DNA of 64,000 bases from Octopus vulgaris. Its lineage: Eukaryota. Position 1 is the stretch's first letter. Every line of letters begins with the position of its first letter. Below, one piece after another: positions 41,951 through 56,736 of this stretch. The stretch spans positions 105,152,001 to 105,216,000 of the forward strand of contig OX597822.1 in assembly GCA_951406725.2 (NCBI GenBank), written 5' to 3'. The notes beneath the pieces were generated by a model, which saw only the letters and a program-made list of their open reading frames with translations, ran no database searches and was not told where the DNA came from. Made by a program: the position numbers and the translations under genes.

Positions 41951-42670
41951 CTATTTAATTATCTTTCTGTAACTTTTAATTTAAGTTATTTTCATTTATT
42001 CATTTTATATTTTAATTCATACTTAATTTCAACTTATATTTTTTTAAATTTAGGTTATCTTAGCCATATTACAATTTTCTTAAATTTTAAAATTTGAATA
42101 CCTATGCCTCTAAGAAAAACAATCTCTGTTAAATGGAATATATTTAGTAGTTAATAATTTTTTGCTTATTTCTTTAGGGATTCGCTTTAACTGACTCGTC
42201 TTCTATCCAAATTTAGAATTAACACTAATCAAATGACATTCCATTATAAACTAATATACGAGTAACTTAGCAACAACTCTAGCTAGATTTGTCGCTTCTA
42301 TAAATTTATAGAGGTGAATAATAGTTTCACAATCCTTAAATAGACAAGCTCTTACAAACACCTGCTGCTGGTTTTTGCCAAAAGCTGTTAAGTTTATTGC
42401 TATCAATAGCCCTTAAATTGCTCTCGTTTGTTTATGCCAAGCGGTGTGGTGAAGCTTTGAGAAGCATATATGGGTTTTTCCGATATGTGTGTTTTGTGTG
42501 TGTATGTGTGTGTCCGTGTGTGCGTGCGCGCGCGCATTTGCATCTGTAGGTAGAGATACTTGCATATAAGTATGCACAGTTCTCTACACAATGCAAAATA
42601 TGTTACCGAAATAATGTTTGACTGTAATTACTTATCGTCTAATCTAGAGAATTTTGCTTTAAATATGACA

Positions 42671-43370
<700 letters not shown>

Positions 43371-44056
43371 CGCGACGCTTTAAATAGTGAGGAATTTTTG
43401 TTGCAAAGTGCTGTGTATAAAGGAGCAACCTAAATTTGAACATCAATATGGGCTTTGTATCTTCAAAGACCAGGCGCCCTACCCCTGTGATACTGACAGA
43501 TCAATTAAAAAGAAAACAACATTTCCTACTCTTCAAATATTAACTACGAAGCGAAGCATGCAGTCATTATTAATGGCTTTGATATAGTTAGAAAGAAATA
43601 TACTTCGATTCAAGTTGATGGAAATGGTAATATATTTTCATGCTTTATTAGCGGCATTAACTCTTCTCTTCTGTGTCAATATGCTTTTAATGTGTTTGGC
43701 GTTATTCCTCTCCTCGTCCGCGTATTTATATATAATTGCTGTGATACATGCTTGCATAACTAAGTTAGAGTAAGCTTAGCAAGTAAGCGTTTGTTACGAG
43801 CTCTGGGAGTCAGGTTATGAAACAAACAAATAAGCAGGAAAACGGGTTATCGTTTTAGTATTATAAAGAGGTTTCTGGACTATTAATCTCATTGTTTGCA
43901 TTTCTACTGTGTTTTGAACCGTCTAATCTGCAGTGGTCTCCAGGTAACACATTTTCAGATTAATATGCATAATTTCTAACCTTTGGCTACCGTTGAAATA
44001 TGTAAATTTGTATCGATATGTATTAGAGTAACATGTAAAATCTATCTATCTAGCGG

Positions 44057-44149
<93 letters not shown>

Positions 44150-44841
44150 ATGTGTTTTGGATCTGTCAATTTATTTTGTGAATAGGTGGTCGTTCATATT
44201 TTTGTTTAATTTAGATTAAAGTTGCATGACTCACTGATGAGGAATTAGTGTAGTTTAGTAGGCTAAAAGATGTATAATAATATAGTTTGTATTATTATTT
44301 TTTTGTTGTTCCAAGAAGTAATATTTTAGGGGCGGAGTGGGTTAGGTGATTACATCCAACTCCTGTTTTTACTCAATTTTCATTTGTTTTATTGATTCCG
44401 ATAAGATGAATGCCAAAGGGGTACTCGATGGGATTTGAAATTGGGCCATAAAGAGCCTTAAGACATACTGCTGTGCATTTTGTCTGACGCGTTAATGATT
44501 CTGCCAGGTCACCTCCCTAGGAGTTATGTTAGAATCTACGAAGCAGGAACAAATGTCACAAAGGATTTCCTTACACCCTGATGATTCAGCAAGCTTGATG
44601 CCTTTATAATAGTGGTTTCAGGGATATGCAGGAGAGAATAATGAATTACAGCAACCCCAGTTCTTGACCGGTTTCATATTTTATCGACCTCCGTAAGGAT
44701 GAAAAGCAAACTTGAGCTCGGGAGGGTTTTAACTTTGAACATAGAGGTCCGGAAAAAACACAGCAAGTTCTTTGTTTCGACAGTAACCATTCTAGCAGCT
44801 CGCTACTCTCAAACATAGATATTTATATCTTCCAATAGGAA

Positions 44842-45070
44842 GGCGGCGAGCTGGCAGAACCGTTAGCACGCCGGGCGAAATGCGTAGCCGTATTTCGTCT
44901 ACCGTTATGTCCAGGGTTCAAATTCCGCCGAGGTCGCCTTTGCCTTTCATCCTTTCAGGGCCGATAAATTAAGTACCAGTTACGCACTGGGGTCGATGTA
45001 ATCGACTTAATTCGTTTGTCTGTCCTTGTTTGTCCCCTCTATGTTTAGTCCCTTGTGGGTAGTAAAGTAA
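44842..45070 (+). mobile_element. SINE family B monomer
   Basis: Near-identical to 36092-36322. Confidence 0.85.
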
Positions 45071-46490
45071 CATGTCTTCTAATAGGATTTCAGAAAAAGA
45101 AAAAAAAAAAAAGCTAAACGAAAACATGACTTTTAAATAATATCAAACACAATATTCATCCAATCACAGTAAGGAATTATTTACACATATTTCGCTATAT
45201 ATGGAAAATTAGATGCGTAGCTTTATTCAGTATGGAACACAAGTTTCATAGCACTACGTGGATTGGAGCAAGTCTGTTCTTCGATACGATGCTAGTCTAT
45301 TTCAGAATTATTCTTACATAATCTGGTGTTAGTGAACTTAGTCAACGTGGTCTCTCTATGAAATACAATAAAGTTCCTGGAGCTACACTAGAATTGCAAA
45401 CTCTGTCAATAACATAAATCTTACACACTTCGTCGTCCTACCTGGTCATCGTTGCACATTCATTGTGTTATATATTGGCCTAGTCGTTAATCGGATAAAA
45501 AGTTTGCGCAAATTGTTCTGGTTCTCTGAGATCTAGTTTGAAATCCTGCCCAAATCGACTTGACCTTCCATTCTATTAGTGTCGGCGCATAAAATGACAG
45601 CCGTGAATTGGAATATATTCTTTTCTTTCTCCAAATCATTCCGTCTATTTTTTTTATTTATTATTATTTCTTGAAGAGAACCGCTGTACTCAGACTTGAA
45701 GGGAGATAGGTACCGGCAAGTCTAAAATGCATGAGACATGTCGTATGTCACAACGACGCCCTTGCGATTCCATCAAGTAGTTAAGAACCTATTTGCATAG
45801 TATACATAGTTATGTGTGTGTGTGTGAGTGAATCTATGTTTGTGTGGGGAGAGAGAGAAAGAGAGGGGAGAGGAAAGAGATAGAAATGACAGAAAAATTC
45901 GAACCAAGTTTTCGTAAATATACAATAATACTTGTCAAAGCTCTTTTATTCAGCTCTAAAAACCCATGGTTTAAGGAAATAAGCTGTCACCTATTGGTTC
46001 GTTTTCTACAATACCTAAGTATGCCTAATTAGATGTAGACTACATATAATATGTTAACACTAGCTTAACCAAAGAGGTATAACGTCACAGAGTAATTCAT
46101 CAGAATGATTAAACATGTGTGTGTGTGTGTGTGTGTGTTCATCTGAATATGCTACACACTTACACCTATCTGTGTACAATGTTGTCCACGGAATTAGAGA
46201 TTCTCTAAAGCAGTGCTTCGGCTAATACGGAGAAGTATGTTTTTCTAAGAGGAGGTCTTTTAAGACCGAAACATACTCGAATTGTCTCCCCTACTTGTGG
46301 AAATGATTCCAGTAATTATATTAGACATTGCGCTGATTCTTCGTTTTCCTCACAGCATTGGTATTTTTTTAATTAGATTTTCCCCACTCACTACAATTAA
46401 ATAGTAACACCAACATAATTATAACCGAGTTTATATTTCTAGTTTTTTATTCTGTCTTCACGAGATGCTTCGAAGAACATTTCTTTTCAG

Positions 46491-46497
46491 ATGAACC
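46491..46497 (+). CDS. Candidate 7-nt micro-exon ATGAACC
   Basis: catttcttttcag|ATGAACC|gtaagtt: near-consensus acceptor and donor 7 nt apart. Converts phase 1 to phase 2, matching the 49305 exon (x-E-P-WLKK). Confidence 0.35.
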
Positions 46498-47949
46498 GTA
46501 AGTTGTTCCGTTACGATGCGTCTTTTGTTTCTCATGGCAACATTTCTTGATGCCAAGACGAATAAATTGCGAAAATTTTATATACTTTTGTTTATCTATT
46601 TTGATCGAAAGAAGTATTAGTACGTATACGTGCGGTCGTTAATAATTTATCTTTGATTCCTTTCCTACCATTTACTCGACTATACTGCTTTACTACTACT
46701 TCTGATTCACCATTCTACATGTAAGCAGCAACCAATTCAATGATTCATATGATTGCAACTTTTTCACATTAATTTTAATTTGTCTAGCAAATAAAAGCGT
46801 AGAAAAAATACCATCCACCTGATACTAAATGTTCATTCTTAGTATTTCCATTGAACAGAAAATAGGTACGGATACTTTCACATTGAATGTGTTTTATGTT
46901 CTTGAACATTGCATCATTTTTTAAAATCTTATTTTTTAAAGATTTATTCAAAGGTGGGTCAGTGCCCATTAACTTTTATTAGAGATTCTGAGACATAAAT
47001 AAGTGAGGAATTTTTATTTCAACAGGAGACAGGGATCCAGTGCTGCTACAACATGTATCTCACTAAATACAGCCATGGGTTATGCTGTGTTTTTAAAATT
47101 AGATGAAGAATTATGTCTAACACTCTAAAAGCGTAACCAGCTTCTCTGACAGCATTGCACACATATTCCATCTACCAAAGTTCACATACGAACAATTGAT
47201 CTAGTCCTATGTTGTGTGATAGGTTCCTAGTAGTTACGCCGTGTAACGTAGTTCTCGGGAAGATTAAGCGTGACAAGGCTGGCCCTTTGAAATGCAGGTA
47301 CAACAGAAACAAGAAGAAAGTTGTGGTGAAAGAGTAATCAAGGGTTCGCTCCCACCCCTTCAGAGCCTTGTGGAGCTTTAGGTGTTTTCGCTCAATAAGC
47401 ACAACGCTTGGTCTAGGAATCGAAACCGCGAATCCGATACCCTAACCACTGGGCCATTGCGCCTCCACCGTCTTACGTACATTAACTATATATCAATCCG
47501 TGATCTGCAGTTTCTGTTACAGGAAAGTTTAATTGTAACTTTCATTTATCTGTTTTCCTTTCTTAATTGTGCCCTGTATATAGCTTCCAGGTTGTCGGAG
47601 AACTGTTTCTTTCGTTTCACTGCCAGGCCTTTATCATGGAGTATCTTGCCATAGAGAGTCTTATGTGAAGAGTCAAATTAGAACATGTGCATTAAATGTG
47701 AGAACTTTCTGAATTAATGCTTCCAGGGGAGTTTTGTCTGCCTAATCCTATTTCACATGGTCAATGAAAGAATCTTCTAGACATTTGGGGTGTTAAAGAT
47801 CTTCCAGGATCGCATAATCTATCGGCTGAATCGAGATTAGGTCTCGCACTCAAGCGTAGAAATGCAAAATGTACAATAAACATACTTTGTTTGAAAGCTG
47901 ACATCTTCGCTTAGAAACGCTGTGCTTTACAAAGAATATTCTTTTCTAC

Positions 47950-48512
47950 ACTACGTACAAGGCCCGGCAGTTTTAGGGAAGTCGATTAGATCGACTCCAG
48001 TATGAAACTGGTATGTAATTTATCGACTCCGAAAGGAGGAAAAGCAAAGTCGACCTCGGCGGAATTTGAACGCAGAACGTAAAGACAGACGAAATACCTA
48101 TTTCTTTACTACCCACAAGGGGCTAAACACAGAGAGGACAAACAAGGACAGACAAACGGATTAAGTCGATTATATCGACCCCAGTGCGTAACTGGTACTT
48201 AATTTATCGACCCCGAAAGGATGAAAGGCAAACTCGACCTCGGCGGAATTAGAACTCAGAACGTAACGGCAGACGAAATACCTATTTCTTTACTACCCAC
48301 AAGGGGCTAAACACAGAGAGGACAAACAAGGACAGACAAACGAGTTAAATCGATAATTCGATCCCAGTGCGTAACTGGTATTTATTTAATCGACCCCGAA
48401 AGGATGAAAGGCAAAGTCGACCTCGGCGGAATTTGAACTCAGAACGTAGCGGCAGACGAAATACCGCTCAGCATTTCTCCCAGCGTGCTAACGTTTCTGC
48501 CAGCTCGCCGCC
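47950..48512 (-). mobile_element. SINE family B trimer
   Basis: Three units of about 180 bp joined at aaagaaata|ggtatttcgtc. Confidence 0.85.
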
Positions 48513-48769
48513 TGCTTTCCAAATAATATTGTGACGTTAAAAGCGGCTTGAGTAGGATCGTCTACTCGACCTGCAGAAATTTCTAACCGGAGACCTCTTG
48601 CAAGGTCATGCGCTGTTTATTTTGATATAAGATCACCATGTCACGCACAATGGCTTATGATGCATGTGTCTGGTGTACCCTTATCAAACGGGTAGTCATG
48701 ATGTGTATACTGGGCTTCATATATTTTACCTCAGCGTCACTTTGATATGAAGCACTGATCTCTCACTCA

Positions 48770-48828
<59 letters not shown>

Positions 48829-49013
48829 TATAATGATAATAATGATAATAACAATAACAAATTAATGATAATAATAATAATGATAATAACAATAACAAAT
48901 TAATAATAATAATAACAATAATAATAATGATAGTAGTAATAATAATAGTAGTAGTAGTAGTAGTAATAACAGTAACAATAACAAATTAATAATAATATTA
49001 ATAGTAGTAGTAA

Positions 49014-49072
<59 letters not shown>

Positions 49073-49304
49073 ACGTCGACGACAACAATAACAACAACAA
49101 TAATAATCTTCCCATTCGCATTTCTGCTTGTTCGTGATCATTGCCATGATTCTCACGAGGAGATAAGGCGAACTTCGCTTGATCGCATATCTTCATACAA
49201 ACATTTACTTGAGAGCTATGTTTGTTTACCGACTTTTAGTAAGCCCTTATTTCAAACATTGAGTGATATAAAGCCTTCTTTTCATAATTCTCATTTTTCC
49301 TCAG

Positions 49305-49459
49305 GTGGTTGAAAAAAACCAATGGGAATGTGCATTATATGATACATGGACGCCGAGGAAATAGGTTCTGTGATACACCGGACGTAATTCCCTGGCGTCC
49401 AGGTAAACGGTTGACGAAAGATTATTATCGTATGCTTGAAAACAATATGGCCGTACTTG
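49305..49459 (+). CDS. Candidate internal coding exon (155 nt, phase 2 to 1) of an unidentified gene
   Basis: Strong acceptor ttctcatttttcctcag| and strong donor |gtaagt. Only one frame is open end to end: WLKKTNGNVHYMIHGRRGNRFCDTPDVIPWRPGKRLTKDYYRMLENNMAVL. Non-repetitive sequence with raised GC. Confidence 0.6.
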
Positions 49460-51051
49460 GTAAGTTATCTATAATGACTACGCTCGATCAAGGCTGGTCT
49501 GAGGCAAAAAAAAAAAATTAAATACGACAATAACTACAACAACGACGACAACAGAGATAATAAACACGATAACAACAAATACGTCGACAGTAGACGTTCT
49601 GAGAACCAACAAAGCTAAATTATATGACAATGTATTCCTAGGGAAACTGTCTGCCAAATAAGAATGGATTTTTATGATAGGAATATGTTTGGATTACTTC
49701 TAATTCTAGCCAATCCTATTCTGATATTTTTGCAGTCACATTCTTTCTTCAATACAGTTCAAATGAATTGTTGTTAGTTATTGCAGCTGCTGTTGTTTTT
49801 TATCTGCATGTGAATCCTGATTGTGCAGACCTATTAGCTATAATTGACGCGCTAAAGACGGCCAGCGGCAAACTGGCAGAAACGTTAGCACGCTGGGCAA
49901 AATGCGTATGCTGTTACGTTCTGAGTTCAAATTCCGCCAAGGTCAACTTTGCTTTGATCCTTTCGGGGTCGACAAATTAAGTACCAGTTACGATCTTTAA
50001 TCATCAGACTTTTCATTGATGTTTGATGATTCTATCACCATTCTCCTCAGAGCCATATGATTCGATAAGCCTTTTGCCCCGACCTGCTAACGATTCTTAT
50101 TTCTTTATTGTCCACAAGGGGCTAAACATGTTTGTCCCCTCTGTGTTTAGCCCCTTGTGGACAATAAAGAAATAAGAATCGTTAGCAGGTCGGGGCAAAA
50201 GGCTTAGTGGCGTTTCGTCCGTTTGTACGCTCTGAGTTCAAATTCTGCCAAGGTCGATTTTGCCTTTCATCCTTTCGGAATCGATAAAATAAGTACCAGT
50301 TAATCACTGGGATTTATGTTATCGACCTAACCCCATGTCTGGAATTTCTGGCCTTGTGTCAAAATGTGAAATCAAAATGCTGTGACCATCACAGCATTTT
50401 AGGTGTATGCAGAACTATGTTATGTATTCTCCTACTTTAGACAGTTAATTCGAAATTCGAGTTATTTGGTTGGTATTTCTAGTAAGCCGAGCGGCGATAG
50501 AACTTATCGAATCATATGGCTCTGAGGAGAATGGTGATAGAATCAAACATCAATGAAAAGTCTGATGATTAAAGATCGTAAATTTTTACCAAGTAGACAC
50601 TTATTGCTTGAATAGATGAAAGTAGCAGTGCTATTGAAATATTTGATCTTTGTAGATCAGTTGACAATTTTGTAGGAAACCCTCTGTGTCGTCTTATACT
50701 AATTCGTACAAAGAGATCGTCGAACAACAGCTGTTTAAAACAGCATCAAAATGATTAAAGCACACTCGAACTATGAGTAAAATATTGAAATATATATTTC
50801 TGCATTTTGCAAATAATATAGTAAAATGAGAGGCGAAAGATATAGCATATATGGAGATATAAGAATGAAAAATAAACTGTATAGTATACTGTGAAAGAAA
50901 TAATCAATTAGTATGTCTATCTTGCTCTATTTCTTTTTCGTTTTTCTCTCTGTCTTTGTATATGACTATGTGAACGAGTGTGTATTACACGCTTGCACAC
51001 AATTACACACACACACACACACATACATTTCAACATACGCACATATATATA

Positions 51052-51100
<49 letters not shown>

Positions 51101-51138
51101 TAAATACATATGCATATATATATATTCATAAATACATA

Positions 51139-51178
<40 letters not shown>

Positions 51179-52960
51179 TGTGTGTGTGTGTTTTCTGTTT
51201 TCCATTTTCACTCTCATCCCATCTATCTTCCTCCATTCAATACCCTCCCTCCGCCTCTCTCTCTTTTATGTATACACATATATATATTATATATAATATA
51301 TATACATATATGTAATATATATGTGTATATGTTTATATGTGTGTGCGTGTGTGTATTCACTTATACAAATACTCATATACACATGTACAAACACACGCCC
51401 GTACTCATATAAAACTTTTATTGATTAAAGCACCACCAACTGTGTATCGTTCTATTTCCAATTATATTTTGCAAATCTACATCTACCTTCTTATAAATAA
51501 CTAACTTATTAAAAAAAAATATATAGATATGTACTTTGCTATAATTTGATAACTACTTCTTATCTAAATAATTTTTGTTTTATTTTACGTTATATATACA
51601 TATATATTTTTACTCAGTAAGTAGCAATGCATCATTTTATTCGACTATTTCAATATGTCTCTCAGGAATACAAACATGCTATGTTACCTACATGGAATAT
51701 TTTTAACACGGGGTCATTGATGCATAAATGATGTATGTTATCAGCTATTCACCAGTTCTGCTTTGATTATCTGTCTTTTCTTCCAAACGGGTTTCATCAA
51801 AACAAGCATCTGTATATTACTATGTGGTTCGCCAATAGATAAACTGAACTGCAAGTTTGCTCAAAACTATATCTCCTTTCCATTCTCTGTGTTTGTGTGC
51901 TTGTTTGCTTTGAATTCTAACAAAATCATGATAATGGTTGGCTGAGGCGACGCGTGTCTCTTACTTTCAAATGCCTTTTTAAAATATTCTTCTGTTTCGT
52001 TTTCATGTTGATTTTTGACTCTAAATCGCAATCAGTAATCATGTAATTAGATGAACGGTCTATTAATAAACATAACATTAATTATACAAACAGCGATTCG
52101 CAGCCATTTGCATTTCTGCATCCCCTTACACCGAATGGCTTTTTAGAAATATCCCCTTCCCATGTTTTGCTCCCCATCCCAATAACAAAATTCAGCACAT
52201 TATTTTAACCATACAGAACCTATTAACCATATTTTCTAATACCACTCAACGCCTACCCGTTTTTAATATTTGCATGTAGTAGAGCCTCTGTTTTCAATTT
52301 ATATGGACATTTTTTAGAAACGTTGAGTACTTACATAACTAGCCAGCCGTGAGTACGATTTGATACCCTATCGACTCTCTCAGCCTTTGACCCAGCGGCA
52401 CACACATAAGATTTGAGAGCTGGAAGGAGAATGAGCTTTACAAGTACTCGGCTGATATTTATTTTCAGCGGAGTAAACGTGAAATGAAGTGTCTTGCTCA
52501 ATACCATGAATTTGATTTCTGCTTCAGCTCACGCAATTCCACGAGAACTTATATAATGAAATTATATCAGATCTTCGTACAACATCATCTCGATTCTACT
52601 CACTGATAACACAATTTTCTGTTCAAATTCAAACAATTTTGTTGTTGTACTTGCTTTCAATATTTTATTGCTGAAAAGCATCTCGACTCTGTGAAACTTT
52701 AAGAGCCTTTTCAGGTATACTGCTCCCCTTGTGTACGCACGCTGCTTTATTAATACCATAGCAAGGTTACTAATCTCACTAGCTTACTTAAGCTTAGCGA
52801 AAATTTTAATATAACGGTTCTTAAAGAGCTGGAAAGGACAATGTATAGGAGCTACAAAATAGGTACTCTTCATGATTAATCACTAAAGATGATCATTAAT
52901 TCGTAAATGCTACTGCTATTTTACGTTTTGATTTTGTTTCGGCCCATGGACAATTTTCAG

Positions 52961-53064
52961 ATGAGAATAGAATAGTCGCCATATGTGATGTCTGTATGAG
53001 CCTAGAAAACTCAAACGGAACACCATACCGCTGTATCTTCTCCAGGAAATGCAAATATTTATAA
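52961..53064 (+). CDS. Candidate terminal coding exon (phase 1 start), Cys-rich
   Basis: Acceptor caattttcag|. Joins the 49305-49459 exon in frame (g+at=Asp) to give DENRIVAICDVCMSLENSNGTPYRCIFSRKCKYL*, with TAA at 53062-53064. Confidence 0.45.
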
Positions 53065-53197
53065 GGAATGCGTTGTGGCTGAAACGGTAAAACTTTGAAC
53101 TAAACGGGGATACCAATATTTAGTTTCTAGTCTCTTTGTTTTCGGGTGAGTTCTTACTAAAGGATATGCTTGTCATTTATCCTTCAGTAAATAGTTA

Positions 53198-53594
53198 ACT
53201 CTCTTTTACTTTTTTACTCTTTTACTTGTTTCAGTCATTTGACTTCGGCCATGCTGGAGCACCACCTTTAATCGAGCAACTCGACCCCGAGACTTATTCT
53301 TTGTAAGCCCAGTACTTATTCTATCGGTCTCTTTTGCCGAACCGCTAAGTGACGGGGACATAAACACACCAGCATCGGTTGTCAAGCAATGCTAGGGGGA
53401 CAAACACAGACACACAAACATACACGCACATATATATATATATATACGACGGGCTTCTTTCAGTTTCCGTCTACCAAATCCACTCACAAGGCTTTGGTCG
53501 GCCCGAGGCTATAGTAGAAGACACTTGCCCAAGGTGCCACGCAGTGGGACTGAACCCGGAACCATGTGGTTGGTAAGCAAGCTACTTACCACAC
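53198..53594 (-). mobile_element. SINE family A
   Basis: Homology to family A. Confidence 0.9.
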
Positions 53595-54138
53595 ACCAAA
53601 TAAAAGAAAAACCTGTAATCTACATGACTACATTCTAGTCTCCTTCTACGAACGTCAGATTAAATACCAAATGCGTAATCCATAAACCATTGAAGCTAGC
53701 CACATACAGATAGATACCTATTATAATGAGGAATTGGCAAATTATCATAGTTTTTAACGTATTCAATGCCATTAATATATTCTAAAATATTCCTGGAAAG
53801 CAGACGTAACATATGTTTTCTGCAGTAATTATCTCGAGAAAAAATTTAACCTAAATATAATTCCTATCGGGTATTGTTATTCTTGTGGCGATTCAATATA
53901 ATATTGATTTATGAAACATATCTGCTTAGGTAAATTAGTTTTTTAAACATCAAATGGTTTCGCTCACTGGAATGCAGCCATGCAATGGGACGACGTTCAA
54001 TACTGCATTGACCGAATGTTTTTGTTTTTTATCTATTTCTTCAGTTTTATCAGATTTCCCTCTCTTTTCGAACACTATCTTTCATTTCCCGGACGGAAAC
54101 ACGACGGCCAATTTACACCGATTTACACAAATGCCTAC

Positions 54139-54177
<39 letters not shown>

Positions 54178-54209
54178 CTTTCTCTCACTTTCCCTCTCGA
54201 TATACATAC

Positions 54210-54242
<33 letters not shown>

Positions 54243-54353
54243 ATCTAATAATATAAGGGTAAATAATTATTAATTTTAAAATTAACAATTATTACCGAGT
54301 AGTTTTCGATATGGAAATATAACCATTATAGGTAGAAACTTTTACAAAAAGCT

Positions 54354-54406
<53 letters not shown>

Positions 54407-54487
54407 TGAGAAAGTTGGTATGTGAAAACACGTGGTTGAATATATAGAAAATAGTAAAAAGTGAAAAAACTATAGAAGGCTTGTTTT

Positions 54488-54524
54488 AGAAATTTGAAAA
54501 GCTGAACGCGAAACCGGTCTTTCT
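54488..54524 (+). ncRNA. Hammerhead-like motif, U3-A8 variant
   Basis: AGAAA(U)-UUGAAAA-GC-ugaac-GC-GAAAC-CG-GUC-UUUCU, within inverted arms 54441-54491 / 54602-54650. Confidence 0.45.
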
Positions 54525-54638
54525 TCAAAAACTATGTCATTGTATGAAAAAAATTGATAACATTCTTCAGATACAATGACTCAAATATATATTTTTTAAC
54601 CTTCTAAAACAAGCCTTCTGTAGTTTTTTCACTTCTTA

Positions 54639-54683
<45 letters not shown>

Positions 54684-54846
54684 ATAAGCAACAGGTTGCT
54701 TAGCCACATACCGAAAATTTAGAAATAGCAGTCAAAAACCGCTTATTTCTATTTTTTACAAATATAACTCTACATATAACCTATACATGTAACTCACATA
54801 TGTAAAAAAAAAGAAGGAAAAATAACGAAAACTAAGTCTTCGGTCA

Positions 54847-54905
54847 GTTACGGACGCGTTTCTGGGTTAGAATTATAAATACATCATTTCCGTCCTCAGC
54901 GTAAC
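54847..54905 (-). ncRNA. Type I hammerhead motif with canonical core and GUC cleavage triplet
   Basis: GUUACG-CUGAGGA-CGG....CCA-GAAAC-GC-GUC-CGUAAC; perfect 6-bp helix I; helix II imperfect. Confidence 0.7.
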
Positions 54906-55393
54906 ATTCCATTAGATTATAGATTTGCAAATGTTATTTACCTACCTCTTGCATTCCGATCTCGCGCCATCGGAGATAGCAAAAAGATAGTCAACACAAG
55001 CCAAATCCATATAGACGAATGGTTATATTTCCATATCTAGAAATCTACTCGGTAATAATTGTTGATTTTAAAATTAATAATTATTTGCCCTTATATCGTT
55101 AAATAATAGAATTTTTCACTCCCTTATGACAAACCACAGTTCTGTTTCTAAGGAACTATTTCTGCAACGCACATGGTAAATTTTCGGAGGGAAAATACGA
55201 ATTCAAATGTTTTCAAACCCAAAAACAAAGTCTCCTACATTTTTTCCTGCGTGGGGATACATCTCCTCTTTCCATATATATATATATACATATATATATA
55301 TAGATGACGAGTTTCTGCATAATTTTTGACTATTAAACGAACAAATTCCACTCACAAATGATGATTATCCATAACGAGGCTTTAAGAGAAGAG

Positions 55394-55772
55394 TGGAGGC
55401 GCAATGGCCCAGTGGCTAGGGCAGCGGACTCGCGGTCATAGGATCGCGGTTTCGATTCCCAGACCAGGCGTTGTGAGTGTTTATTGAGCGAAAACACATA
55501 AAAGCTCCGGGCAGGGGATGGTGGTGATCCCTGCTGTACTCTTTCACCACAACTTTCTCTCACTCTTACTTCCTGTTTCTGTTGTACCTGTATTTCAAGG
55601 GGCCGGCCTTGTCACTCTCTGCGTCACACTGAATATCCCCGAGAACTACGTTAAGGGTACACGTGTCTGTGGAGTGCTCAGCCACTTGCACGTTAATTTC
55701 ACGAGCAGGCTGTTCCGTTGATTTGATTTGGATCAACCGGAACCCTCATCGTCGTAACCGACGGAGTGCTTC
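55394..55772 (+). mobile_element. SINE with family C head and family D tail
   Basis: The 5' 170 bp match 20012-20185; the 3' 190 bp match the reverse complement of 28512-28690. A partial second copy lies at 47240-47468 (-). Confidence 0.8.
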
Positions 55773-56027
55773 CACTTTAAGAGAAAGCACCTGGTAGCCC
55801 TGACTGCCGAGCACATCCGAATCGAAGTACTCTTGACATAACGACGAAGGGAATAATAGAAACCCTATGACCTTCCTCGACCCAGATTGCTTGTTCTTTA
55901 CTGCAGTAGGGGTTTTTATTTTGGCAATGTAACAGGTTTCATTAATCAAACACGAGACACCATATTTCAGGATTAAGAAAAATTAATGTAATCTCTCCTA
56001 ATTTGATTTTCAGCTTTACGTAAATAG

Positions 56028-56500
<473 letters not shown>

Positions 56501-56694
56501 TGTATATATATAGTACAAATGTCTCTCTCTCTCTGTATATATATATGTGTGTGTTTGTGTCTGCGTTTCTGTATGTTTGTGAGCTTCTTTTGGCTTAGAC
56601 ATATTTTATATAATACTTTATTTCACAACAAAATCTTTACCACCTCACTCATGTAGTAACATCAATATTCTTAAGTAAATTTCCTTAATAACGA

Positions 56695-56736
<42 letters not shown>

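Larger units (their letters stand above)
54254..55094. mobile_element. Nested Penelope-like inverted pseudo-LTR remnants in (TA)n
   Basis: Outer inverted arms about 54254-54328 / 55018-55094; inner inverted arms 54441-54491 / 54602-54650; two HHR motifs; (TA)n at the junctions. Confidence 0.55.

Noticed and set aside
47950-48512. CRISPR-like or satellite reading of regularly spaced repeats
   Set aside because: Units are whole SINE bodies with no unique spacers; eukaryotic context and no cas genes.
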